From Takakia lepidozioides (Eukaryota; Plantae; Bryophyta): a stretch of 64,000 nucleotides of DNA. Shown here piece after piece: positions 52,771 through 64,000 of the stretch (position 1 is the stretch's first letter; the number at the start of each line of letters is the position of its first letter). The stretch spans positions 40,548,001 through 40,612,000 of the forward strand of contig CM060733.1 of the NCBI GenBank assembly GCA_030704615.1, in the 5' to 3' direction. The position numbers were made by a program, and so were the translations under genes. Under the pieces are notes generated by a model. That model worked only from the letters and a program-made list of their open reading frames with translations, was not told the origin of the DNA and did no database searches.

Positions 52771-54461
52771 TCTGAACTTTGACATGATGCCAATGTGACA
52801 ACAGGAAAGTATCCAAAAACAGGTCACAGAGACGAGGAGAAGTTGTGGAATGGTGGGACAACCGAGGGAAAAAAGGTTAATGTCTGTTAGATTATAGAGG
52901 GCAGACGCAATTCAGCATAGGAACTAGTGTGATAAGTTGAGTTGGGTGTTTCCTAGAACAAATCTAGGCTGTCGTTATCAGCTGCAAGGTAAGGAAGTAT
53001 ACATGATTTGTGCAGAAGCAGTGATAGCTGAAAGAGCAGGGATAGAGTATGGGTCCAGATTCATCCAAGAGGGCCGGATTTCAAGCACATGATTACCAAT
53101 GATTACCTGTGGATTTAGCTATAAGAAACCTGCATGGGTAGATGGTGAACTGGATCCGCAGGAGTAGCGGCACAATTGATAAAATCAAGCACTGCTAATA
53201 AAGGCACCTTCTTCAACACATGTCACCCTGTTTTTCCCTCTTATCAGAACCGGTCCTAAATTTCAATGTCTGCAAGTTAGCTGGTTGAGTGAATCTAGTT
53301 TGGAGTGACTTTGACATGATATTGCCAATGTGACAACAGGAAAGTATCGAAAAACAGTTAACGGAGATGAGGGGAAGCTGTGGAATGAATACTTTTCTGA
53401 CCCCAGTCAATGGTGGGACAACCGAGGCAAAAAGGTAAATGCCTGTTGGATTACAGAGAGTAGCAGATGCAATTGAGAGAGGAACTAGTGTGGTAAGTTA
53501 AGTTGGGTGTTTGCTGAAACAAATGTAGGCTGTCATTGTCAGCTGCTAACAACAATGCAAGGATATATGCATGATTTGTGCAGAGGCATGGATAGCTGAA
53601 GGAGCAGCGATAGAGTGTGGGTTTAGATCATCCAAGAAAGCCGGATTTCAAGCTCCAGATTACCGATGATTCCCTGTGGAAGGATAGCTACAAGAAACCT
53701 GCATGGGTAGATGGTAGATAGTTTGGAGTGACTTTGACATGATACTGCCAAAGTGACAATAAAAAAAGTATCCATAAACAGGTAACAGAAATGAGGAGAA
53801 GTTGTGGAATGAACTTTTCTGACCCCAGTCAATGGTGGGACAACAGAGGCAAAAAAGTGAATGCCTGTTAGATTACAGAGAGTAGCAGACGCAATTCAGC
53901 ATAGGCACTAAGGCAAACTCTCCTTCCCCGCAAGGGTGTGTTTTGGTATCTGAGCGAATAAATATTTTATCTAAGAATATAATTTCAAAAATTCATTATT
54001 TAATAATGTGCCACTGTCCCATGTTGGTCAAAAGTAATAATAATAATAATAAATTAAATCCCCAAACCCCCCCCCCCCCCCCCCCCCCCAGCGACGCGTG
54101 TCAATTGACATGAGGAACCACGTGTCAAAATCACGATGCGACACATGATGACGTCTGATTCCCTCCTCTACAGTCGGGATGGCGTCACAGTCTGACACGT
54201 GGCGTGTTCTGTAGAAAGCACGCGTCTTTCTTACACAGCGGCTGACATGGACCCGTTCAGTCATTCAGTAAAGCCAACGTGTATGACTACCCCCACAGCT
54301 GCTCAGGCGACACGTCACAGCCAGGCTGGCGAGTCATATCTGCCATGCCACAACTGACTAGGGTTTTACGACTGCAGAGTCATGAAGTCGTAAGTGGCTT
54401 TCATAACTGCATTTGCAGTCATAACACAGAGTCGTAAAAGCCGCAATCTGTTGTAGTGTGG

Positions 54462-55340
54462 ATTTAGGTTTTAGGTTATAGAGTTTGCTAGGGTACATTG
54501 AAACATAGTACTTGGTATGAATGGAAAAGAAAATATGGAAAAGTGTACAGATGACTTGGCACCTATGAAAATTTGTTAATGAAATATCCCAACCACAGAT
54601 TGCATCCAAATTTCTATGAGGTGGAGTTTGGTTTAGGGTTTAGGATTTTAGAAAACTGTAAATGGACAAACAATTATGGAGTTTGAGTCTTTACCCATAC
54701 GTAGAACAATTCATGAAATATTATCCCCACCACTTCGACCGTACCCAAAATTGGAAGTAATAAATAAATAAGCATCAAACATTGAAATTAGGTTTTAGGG
54801 TATAGAGTTTGCGAGGGTACTAACCATAGTACTCGGTATGAATGAAAAAGAAAATATTGGGAATGGTACAGATGACTTGTCACCTATGATTTAGGGTTTA
54901 GGGAATAAAATTTCCCAACCATAGATTGTATCTAATCTATGAAGAATGCGCATCAAACAATGGAGTTACGTTTAAGGGCTTAGGGTTTAGGGTTTAGAGA
55001 ACTATAAATGGACAAACAATTATGGAATGTGTGTCTTTATGTGGAGGTCGTACAATAATTCAGGAAATATCCCCTCCACTTTGACCGCACCCAAAACTGG
55101 AAGCAACAAATTAAATAGGCATCAGACATTGGAATTAGGTTTTAGGGTACGGAGTTGAGTAGTGTAGTAAACATACTACTGGGTATGAATAGACCAAAAA
55201 ATCTGGGAAAGTGTACAAGTGACTTGTCACCTAAGAAATTAGACTTGAATGAAATATCCCAAGGGCCATTCTATTATGCCCAATCTTGTAACCCTTGAAG
55301 AATGCGCATCAAACATTCGAATTAGGTTTAGGTTATATGG
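54462..55340 (+). repeat. ~330-345 bp tandem repeat (about 2.5 copies) containing TTTAGGG-like motifs
   Basis: TTAGGTTTTAGG..A..GAGTT recurs at ~54464, ~54788 and ~55135; GACTTG.CACCTA occurs three times. Confidence 0.8.
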
Positions 55341-56058
55341 TTTAAGGTGAGGACAATATAAAGACTGAAGGCCCCAGAAGTATTGTCTTTAGAAGGTCCT
55401 AATAAGATAAATAGACCCAAGATAAATTGACCTGAGATGACACGGAATAACGGGTGGCAAAACGAGGTTCAGGACTGATTAGTGACGAAGAAAATTGAGA
55501 AGAATCTTAAGTAGTCCGAAAAGGCAGTAAATGAAATGTAACTCTGTACTTGAAGCCAGACTTACAGAATGCTACTGACGAGTAATGGGAGAAGATTCAC
55601 AAGCAGTAAACCGCGAAAAAGCTTGTCCATTGAAGCAACAACTTTCACAAATTGCCACGCGGTTTATACTCAGGACATTTTTTAGACCAATCATATTGAG
55701 CCCAACAATACAACCATGTGGACCGAGAATGAAGGAGATGGGCGAATCTGTTGAGGAGAAGACACTTTGGTGAGAACCAGAGAACCAAAAGAACGGTTAT
55801 TACGGCTAGCACTCGAGGCGGCATTCATAACACCAGTATCGATGCACTACACACTAACTTTAAATTCCCTATCCTCTCCATTCATAAATGCTTCAAAGCA
55901 ATATACCTCACAACCCTTCGCTCCCTTCCAACCATTATTACCAACAGACGTAAATTTGAATCTAACCCTTCTCTGACTCCCGGAGTACCTCGGGTACCCT
56001 AGGTACCCCAGGTACCCACGGTACCGTTGCTCATCTAGACTCCTTCCTATGGACACGT

Positions 56059-56137
56059 TTTAGAGAGGGCCCACCCCCGAGAGGGGGCAGTAGCCGTGAG
56101 GCGAAGTGGCTCTTAGTTACGCCGGCTTTGGCCAAAG

Positions 56138-56181
<44 letters not shown>

Positions 56182-59100
56182 ACGTGTTCAAATATTAATA
56201 TACCTTCTTTGCCAGCCACCAGCTTTTTTCTGGACCTCATCTCTGTAACGTTTCAGGAACCTCGAGTGATCATCCGGAGTTCCTAGTTTTCCTGATGTCA
56301 CTGCTTCCTTCTCTTTGCAGTTCCTCTCTCACATTACACCTGACCCAGCCCTTATGTCGGAGCGCAAGGATAAGTGACGCGTATTTAAGCCGTTTGTCTA
56401 GCGTTGAATCAGCGGGGTATCAATCATGGCAGTATGTGAATTCAATAAAGTAGATGGTAAGGTTGGGGGTTGGGGCGGTGGGTGGGGGGGAGTTTATGGG
56501 TAAACCATGTACAAGCAAGATGTCTGGGCATAGTCTGGCGGGGCAGGTGCATGGGGGGTGGGAGCAAGTACAAGGGAGAAGCCAGTGGGGGACGGTGTGG
56601 TCTGGGGGTCGTCCTTGGTAAGTACCAGCATTGATTAACGAGAACCATCTTGTCTCGGCGCGATGTAGAAGGAGTTTATGGATGTGCCAGACTGCTTGGT
56701 TATGGCGGGTTATACAAAGCCCGTGGATGACTGGGTGTGTACATCGGCTAAGAAGGTGTGGCCAGGTGTCACGTTCCTGGTGGGTATGAGAATAGAGGGG
56801 ACAATGCGGGGATGGGAAAAGGCGTGGCCAGAATATGTGTTTACGTTGATGTCCCATATATTGTGCGTATCGGAATTTAAGCGTCTGTTTGATTTGGGCG
56901 TCAGTAGCTGCTTTGGAGTGCCAAAAGTAGTTTGAGAGTTTGTTATGGAGTACATCGGATTGTGTCCATTTCTGTGTGTATAGTTTAGTGTGGCTAGCAG
57001 ATACCGAGGTTTGCTTATTGGCTTCTTGAGTAAGGGATTTCAAAAGGTTGCGTATGGGTCGGGGTTCAAGGGGGTCGGGTATGGGGTGTATTAGCCAGAA
57101 TGGGTGGGTATGTGCTATGTGGATGGGATCATTGGGAGGGTCAACAGGGGGTTCGTCGGCACCTTCCTGGGCAAGAAAGTCGGCAGCCTCGTTCCCCCGG
57201 ATACCTGTGTGTACGCGTACTTTGATTAAGTGAATGGGTTGGTTGATAGAGATAGCTAGGTTGGCGATGGCTGTGATAAGATTACGGTCAGAGTGATAAT
57301 GGCCCAGAAGGTGGGCAAGAGAGGTGGTTGCGGATGAGAAAGAGCGAGGCGAGGCTGTCTGTGAAGATATAATGTGGAGGGGGGAATGAGGATAGTTGGG
57401 TGAGCGCTTCAAATATTGCTATTAGTTCTGCACGAAGTATGGTGGCAGGACCAAGAAGTCTGTGTGTTGTGCCCTGATTGGTAGCGGCATGGTATACTCC
57501 ATAGCCTGCGTGGGAGCCATTGAGGGAGCCGTCGGTGTAGTGGGAGTGGGAAGGTGGAAATTTGGGAGGTATAGATTGGCAGTAGGATGGGAGGAGTGGG
57601 GGGAGCGTAGGTGGGGCAGGGGACGGGCGCGGTAGCGTCCTGTTCCATGCCTTGCTTAAGTTAATCTGATGGAGTGGGCCAGGTGGAATTGTGAGGACTG
57701 GGTGTGTGAGATGTTGGGGGTAGATGGTGGTTTTTAGCTTGTGATTGCGCTTAAGGAGTTGATCGAGTAGGGCAGGGAAGGTGGGAGGTATGGTGGAATG
57801 CGTGGTGTGTTGGACATGAAGAAGAAGGGTAAGGGTGGGTTCTTTGTAACGAAGGTATTTGGGGAGGGGCGGGGTGTGGATGTACCGGAGTGGGTTAGGT
57901 TCGATAGCGGCGAGGAGTATTACACCGGGTGGGAATTGTAGGAGGGGGTGGGGACTGTTGGGTAGCTTTTGGTGAGTGAGTAAAAGGATCGTGACGCTTG
58001 AGGGGGAGGACTGTGTGGCCATACGGGCCCATTGGAGGGCCTCAAGTGTGAGGGGGCCTGAAGGGGGGTGGGCAAATCCCCTCCCTGCCCATGCGTGTTG
58101 GGTGGCATGTCCGGTGGCTCCGAAGATGCAGTCTCGGGGGTGGGGGCTGGCAAAGGTTGTGATTCCCATCGGGCACGTAAGCGGATTGGAATAATATGAA
58201 TGAGTAAGTTCAAAAGTGGTAATGAGCAGAGAGAGGATATCCGGGGGAATAGTAGTATGAGCAAAGGCTTGTGATAGTTTTGTCAGGGAACGGGGTTTTT
58301 TGGGAGGAGTGTCTTGGAGGTAGCAGGTAACAAGCCAACTGAGTTCGGTAGCGAAGTCTTGGCGGGGTGGGTGGATTTGAGCGTCATAGGGGGAGGAAAT
58401 AGAGTATTTAGCCAATAGCCATGTTAGTCTGTCATTGGGAATGAGGCCAAGACAACAGCCGTTGAAGGTGTAGATAGTTGACATACGAGGGCCTTGACAG
58501 ATTGTGGGGGAGATGTGCATGATATCCTTATCTGGATTACATTCAGTAATGTGTATGTGTACGTTGGGGGCGGTAAGTGGTTGATGTACATGGCGAGCAT
58601 CTTTGGGTTGGGTTTGGGAGATATGTTGTTGGTGGGTATGCACGAGGTAGTTAGTGTCGGTACGTTTGTGGAATGCGGTGAGGAGTGTGAGATTGTGGGC
58701 GGGGTCGCAATCATCATGTGAGCCAAAGAGTCGTCCTCGATTTGCCATGAGTTATCATCAGTTGTGTAGCCAGCCCATTGGCATAGGTAATAGATATCAA
58801 CACAAGTGGCCCCATATGAGTCTGTAGAAGTTTGGGTTTTAATACCTAGAATGGCTTCAATAACATATGCGTCTGGGTTATCTGTGTGGTCATGATGAGT
58901 TGTAGGAGTGCCAGGTGAGGTGGGAGCTGGGGTGGAAGTAGTTTGCGTAAGGAATGGCGTATGGATGTGGGCGGGAGGGGTCTGGGACAAGTCCCTATCC
59001 GAGTGGGGAGATGGTATAGGGGAGGTGGATGTGGATGGGGTGTCTCTAGTGCCAAATGTACCTGAGGTTTGGGAAGCCCTAAGCGTGTGGAGAATAGAGG

Positions 59101-61782
59101 GGGATGGGCCTGATCTGTAGGTAGGTAGTAAGTCGCGTTGGGTATGAGGGAAGAGTGAGCATGGAAGATCGCATTCAAGGGTACATGATGCAGATGGGTG
59201 GCAGAGTAGGGTACGTAGGTGTTGGAGGAACCTGCATGTTTTGGCTGTGGCACGAGAATGTTTAAGTGTGAATTCTCCCGGGGTTATAAGTTGAGTCCCT
59301 GTGGCGGTGGTAAGTTGGGTGAGATGAGTGATATGCCGTTCTTTAAAATAGGTGAGGAGGGAGCGCTTTTGGCGGGGATGAAGGCGTTCAAAATGGGAGA
59401 GGGAGGGGCTGGTATTTAGAGCGTGTTCCAGCTGTGGTATCATGTTAGGATAGCCGGGTAGGTCGGTTTGGATGTTGATATGCATTTGTCATAGGATGAG
59501 TAGTGTACGTGCCGTGGGGGAGTGTAGGCAAGATTGGGAATGAAGAGATGGGAGGGCTTGTAGTCCATTAAATTTGTGGGCTAGGAATTTAAGAAGTCCG
59601 CGGTAGATAAGTCCTAGGCGTCCAGGGTCATTGAGTGCTTCTTGTAGCTAGGTACCAAGGGTTCGGGCATATGAAATAATCAGGGGGCTGGAGCTGACGC
59701 CAGAACAGTCTGTTGGGAGTTGGGTGAGGGCATTAGGAGTACTGGTAGGTAAGCCACATCTTCACTTGGTTAGTTGAGTGATGTGTTTGTCTAGTATTTT
59801 GAGATTTGGTAGGGAGAAAGGGGCGGCGTGAAAAGAGTATTGGACTTGTGGCTTAAGCACAGAGCTAATGATTGATAGTTTGGGTCTAATGGAGACAGGG
59901 GATTTAAGAAAAGCCAGGCTTTTGTTAGAGAGCTTAGCAAGTGTGGTGGTCTTCTGTACATGTCAGGTAAGTGATGGGACTAGCTGGATACCTAAGTATG
60001 TGTAAGGCTCATCAAGTCCCAAAAAGGGGAGGGGTTTTTAGGTAATGGATATAGAGTTTACAATGAGAAGCAATCGCAATTTTTGTTAATTTATTGCGGT
60101 GGGTTGCTGCGATAATGGCGCACTTGTGGAGACTAAGTTCCATGCCGGACCATAAGTTAAAGCGGGATAACTTGCTGACTTGTCAGTTGAGGTGTTGGGG
60201 TTTGTGAGCAAGAATAGCGAGGTCGTCAGCGTATGCGGCAGCGGAGATTTCACTAAGGGAGGTTTTATAGAGATAGCCGAGATTTCCGCGTGCTAACCAT
60301 CTTAGTAGAGGTTCTAAAAAGATAATAAAGAGGTATGGACTGAGGGTGTCACCCTGGATGGTACCGCGTAGGATAGGAATAGGGGGGGGTAGTACCATAG
60401 TATGCGCCGGAGTATTCCGTAGTGCTGTTGGTATAAATGTTGCCAATGAGTTGGATGGCATCGATGGGATAACCGAGGTCCGTCATGATTGCAAGTAGTC
60501 TGGCATGGTCTAAGGATCCGAAGGCATTTTTAAAGTCTATATACAAGAGATAGATATCTTGTTTAGTGAGCTTGGCATCTTCGAGGACTGAGAGGACGTA
60601 TTGTATTTGACGAGTTGTGTTGCGTGTGGCTCGGAAGCCCTCCTGGGGGTCACTCAGAATATGGTGTTGTTCTCCGTAATTGGACAGCAGCGTGGTCAAT
60701 GTGCTGGTAAGCAATTTATAGATAGTATTGGCTAGGGCTATGGGTCTATAGTTACCGAGGTTAGTTGGGTCGCCTTTCTTAAATAACAGGATGGTGCGGC
60801 TATGTTTCCAAGTAGGTGGGATACGCTTGAGTTGGTAACATAGCTTGAAAAATTTGAAGAAGATGGTGTGAAGATGGGGGTCGAGCGCTTGTAATATAGT
60901 GTTAGGGATCATATCTGGTCCAGGGGCTTTTGATTTGGATAGACCTTTAAGGCAAGAGTCATAGAGATCTAGTGTGAATAGGTCATGTATGCGATCTGTG
61001 GGTATCCCACGTTTGTCTAATGAGAAGCCGTCAAGGTCATGCCATGGGTAATGTTTGACTTTACATAAACAGTTGGGGTGGCGGTGGTCAGGGTGTAGGC
61101 AGTTTGCGACAGCGGGCGTATAGGAAGCGGATGCTTGTATCCATATTTCTTTGTTGATATCAGTGGGGCTTGTCAAGAAGTGGCCCAATCGATGTTTAAG
61201 GCGGTCAATTGGTGGATTGAGCGTAGGGTTAAAGATGGCTTTGTGAGCTCTTTTAGGATGGTCATGTAGGAGCTGGGCAAAGGAGGTGATAAACTTTTTG
61301 TGGTTATCGCTAGCTTTTTGTTTGGTTATAAGATATGCAGCTTTTTTTGCGTCCCTTCCTAGCTTGGCGAGGGCAGCAACCCAATTTGGGATGGTACTGT
61401 GGTCCATAGGAGGGGGCAAGAGGGCTTGGCATACTGGGAGAGAGTTTAGGCAAATAATACGGGGGTCACGTCTCCATTCTATGTGATGATTGTTGGATGG
61501 GGAATTGGGGATGATAGTAAGGGCACGGCGTATGGTATGATGGGTGTTAAGGTGAGAGGTCCAGACACGTTTTTGTGAGCGGGTAAGGTATCCTCCATTT
61601 TGTTTGGATCGGGTAGTCTGGGAGAGGTCCTGGGGGGCCAAGCATGTTGCTAACACGCTTGTGGTCATTCTTGGAGGATGGTTGTGAGGGTACGCTCCGC
61701 CTCGAACCAGGAATCCTCATGGGATTGCGTCATATTTGTGTCGGAAAGGGTGTAGGAGAGTTTTTGGGTAAGGAGTGAGCAG
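56059..61782 (-). mobile_element. 5'-truncated, degenerate Dualen/RandI-like non-LTR retrotransposon (RT, chromodomain, MTase-like domain, RNase H, Zn knuckle, RLE)
   Basis: RT: KAPGPD, NYRPIAL, YIDFKNAFGS, QGDTLSPYLF, AYADD. RNH: YTDGS, RAELIAI, IFTDS, HTGIRGNEAAD. Knuckle: CPLY…HLLSRC. RLE: RHNQAV…PDIL…FIEFTYC. Possible 3-bp TSD (CGT at 56056-56058 / 61783-61785). Confidence 0.85.
60183..61668 (-). pseudogene. LINE reverse transcriptase (frameshifted at ~60385)
   Basis: ORFs 60349-61668 and 60183-60461 together contain the non-LTR RT motifs up to YADD. Confidence 0.93.
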
Positions 61783-64000
61783 CGTAGCTACGGCGTGAGC
61801 CCAGCCCCGTGAGCCTGGGAGCTGAGCTCACGTTGTAGCTGCAAAGCGTGAGCGGCACAAATCTGCTGGAGAAGCAGGTCCTATAGGCGAGGATTGCAAG
61901 AAGAGGGCCTATTACCGTGGACAGCACTGTGTAAATCCGTCCATACCCCGGGGCAGGGACTTCGGTGATACGAGCCGCCCGAGCCTGCAAAATTCTAGCC
62001 GATTCCATCTTGCATTCGTGATCTGCACCCGAAGCGACACGGCGCACTGTTTTTCCATCTCTTTTTGTTGGGTGGGAGTCGGCACCGGGTGGAGGCATTG
62101 CCGGAGCATGTGGCACATCTGTGCCGACAGTGCACAAGGGCACCACTCGGGATAGTGCAAGACAAAACCCTCCCTCCTCCAGCATGCTTATCTCGGTTGT
62201 TGACAGCGACGTCCCAAGTTTCACAGGCCAAATTGCGGGGGGAGGGGGTTTTATTATCACCGAAGGACGAACTGTTCCCTTGACGCATCGTGCCATATCG
62301 TCTAGGCAGAACCAGAACTTGTGGTCCTTTGACTCCCCACTATGATAAGGTCGGAACAACCCTGTGAATGTTGGAGCTGGAGTCCCCCTGGAGCCTTTGC
62401 ATATTTTTGATTTGCATTTCTTGAAAGAGGGGGTCCGAATTGCCATGCAAGCAACTTTAGATCCTGGTGGGGTGCGTTCTATATGCCACTCACTATCAAT
62501 GCAATCAGATTCCTGCACCATGGCCACCACCTCCTCCAATAGGATTCCTGCTGCTGTGCTTGCATGTTCTGCACCTGCTCCACAGGAGAAGGACCCACCT
62601 GGGAAGGGGCCGGCACACGACTTAGTCTGCACTGGAGACACCTTTGGCACAGAGAAATTGACCCTGTCTGGGCGATGGGAATCTCCATCTGACCCTGGAA
62701 GAGTGTTCAATTTCCTTTTGCATGATCCAAATCTTTCCTCGCCTTTCAAATGAGGGAGCCTGGATTGCAAAGGGGAGCCTTCAGTGCACCTGTTCAGAGC
62801 TCTGGCCATCTTGGATGGGTCTCCGGACCTACTCGCAGCCCTTAGCATCAACAAAGTCGTACCGGGGCCTTTGCCTCCACCCCGTCCCATCAGAAAATTG
62901 CGGTACCTGATTTGTTGTGTAAGTGCCTGCACCATGTCATCAGCAGTGGCCACATACAAGTCACGACCTGCTTTGGTAGATTGCTGCATCCAGGCGTTAT
63001 GAACAGTCTCCGCCAAATTACAGGATGGCATGTCGGCCAAGTCCTCCAAGGACATGTCCTGCAGGAGGCATTGCATGGAAATGTGAGGAAGGAAAGGAAA
63101 TGAAAGAGGTTCTGCAAGCGACAATCCAAGAACCCCAAATGAAGAGGCACGATGCAAAATTTCTGATTTTGGGATTCAAGAGGCTTACCGTCGTCATGAA
63201 AGCTCCCCACTGTTTGTATCTGAAGTGCCAGAAAACCAACCAGTCCTCCAACTCCTTCAGGTGGATACCAGTAGCAGCACCAGAGGAGAACCACCAAGCC
63301 CGGATTGCTTGGTAAGTGCTCTCAGCTTCTCCCATTGAGTTGGCATTTTTGTACTTGAGACAGAGCATTTTGTGCTCCAACTGAAGGTCAGGGCGAATGC
63401 AGCGCTTTGTATGACGTGCCAGAGATTGACTCCAATGGAAGAGGCATGTGCGCTCCCTACTTTCCATTGGGACCTTAGGATCCCCCGAACCAAACACGCG
63501 CCGCACTGCATTGAAATTTGCCTGTGCACTATCAGCCATGAAGCCCGCAAAATTTGTGTTTTGTATTCCATTGCGCTGCATGACGGCCAGGAGCGAATTC
63601 CACATGAGCATCTGGGATTCAGTGTCCTCCGACTGCATATCACAAATTGCTATTGAGAGCACACGCTGGTACGCTGGATCATACACATGGCACGCCATGG
63701 TTGTCCAACCCTTCACCCGTTTGCAGTGATCAAACATCAACCAGCATTTAGCCAAATCTCCTCCAGGTTGCATTCGGCGGACAATGCTCACACCACTGCC
63801 TTCGCCCATTGCGGACATCTTGAACAAATACACCTTGGACGAGCCCTGGCCAGGGAAGATACTGTTTTGAATGAATTCATAGCGACTTCTCCGTTTGAGG
63901 TCCATAATGTTGTCCATGAATCCAGCAGTGCCTGTGCCGACTCTGAGTGCATTCACCTGGTTTCGAATATTGGGAGAGCTCAACACGGAGAAATGGTCCA
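61783..64000 (-). CDS. Mutator-like (MULE) DDE transposase; N-terminus outside the window, C-terminus interrupted by the LINE
   Basis: WLMFDHCKRV (D), GFMADSAQAN (D), CLFHW (CxxH) and CNLAETVHN (E). A phase-0 GT-AG intron at 63188-63059 joins the two ORFs. Confidence 0.82.

Larger units (their letters stand above)
49740..54458. mobile_element. Non-autonomous CACTA (Pack-CACTA-like) element
   Basis: 30-bp TIR CACTACAACAGATTGCGGCTTTTAYGACTC at both ends and TSD TGG (49737-49739 / 54459-54461). It contains PPR fragments, the ~550 bp repeat and a SINE, but no transposase. Confidence 0.95.

Noticed and set aside
54462-55340. Telomere or interstitial telomeric array
   Set aside because: There are only isolated TTTAGGG-like heptamers embedded in a longer tandem unit.

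Overview
Eukaryotic, transposon-rich nuclear DNA from a land plant. A non-seed plant is inferred from the PLS/E-class PPR fragments and the MULE/hAT types. There is one intact host gene, a 10-exon OSCA/CSC1 (OSCA2-like) mechanosensitive channel on the minus strand (38000-46327). The main finding is two unrelated retrotransposons that each carry a methyltransferase plus a chromatin-reader domain. (1) A young Ty3/Gypsy LTR element (17682-35146, GTTA TSD) has a DNMT3-like C5-cytosine methyltransferase in frame between protease and RT, a PHD finger after integrase, and non-canonical termini. (2) A 5'-truncated Dualen/RandI-like LINE (56059-61782, minus) has the order RT - chromodomain - PCIF1/CAPAM-like adenine-methyltransferase-like domain - RNase H - Zn knuckle - RLE, and ends in a conserved structured motif that recurs at 12811. 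Also present: two non-autonomous CACTA elements with different TIRs but shared PPR-derived cargo (one nested in the Gypsy RT), a third CACTA end, a 12-kb alternating-orientation palindromic array, tRNA-derived SINEs, PPR and hAT pseudogene fragments, and a MULE transposase interrupted by the LINE. All domain calls are by-eye motif recognition; no searches were run.
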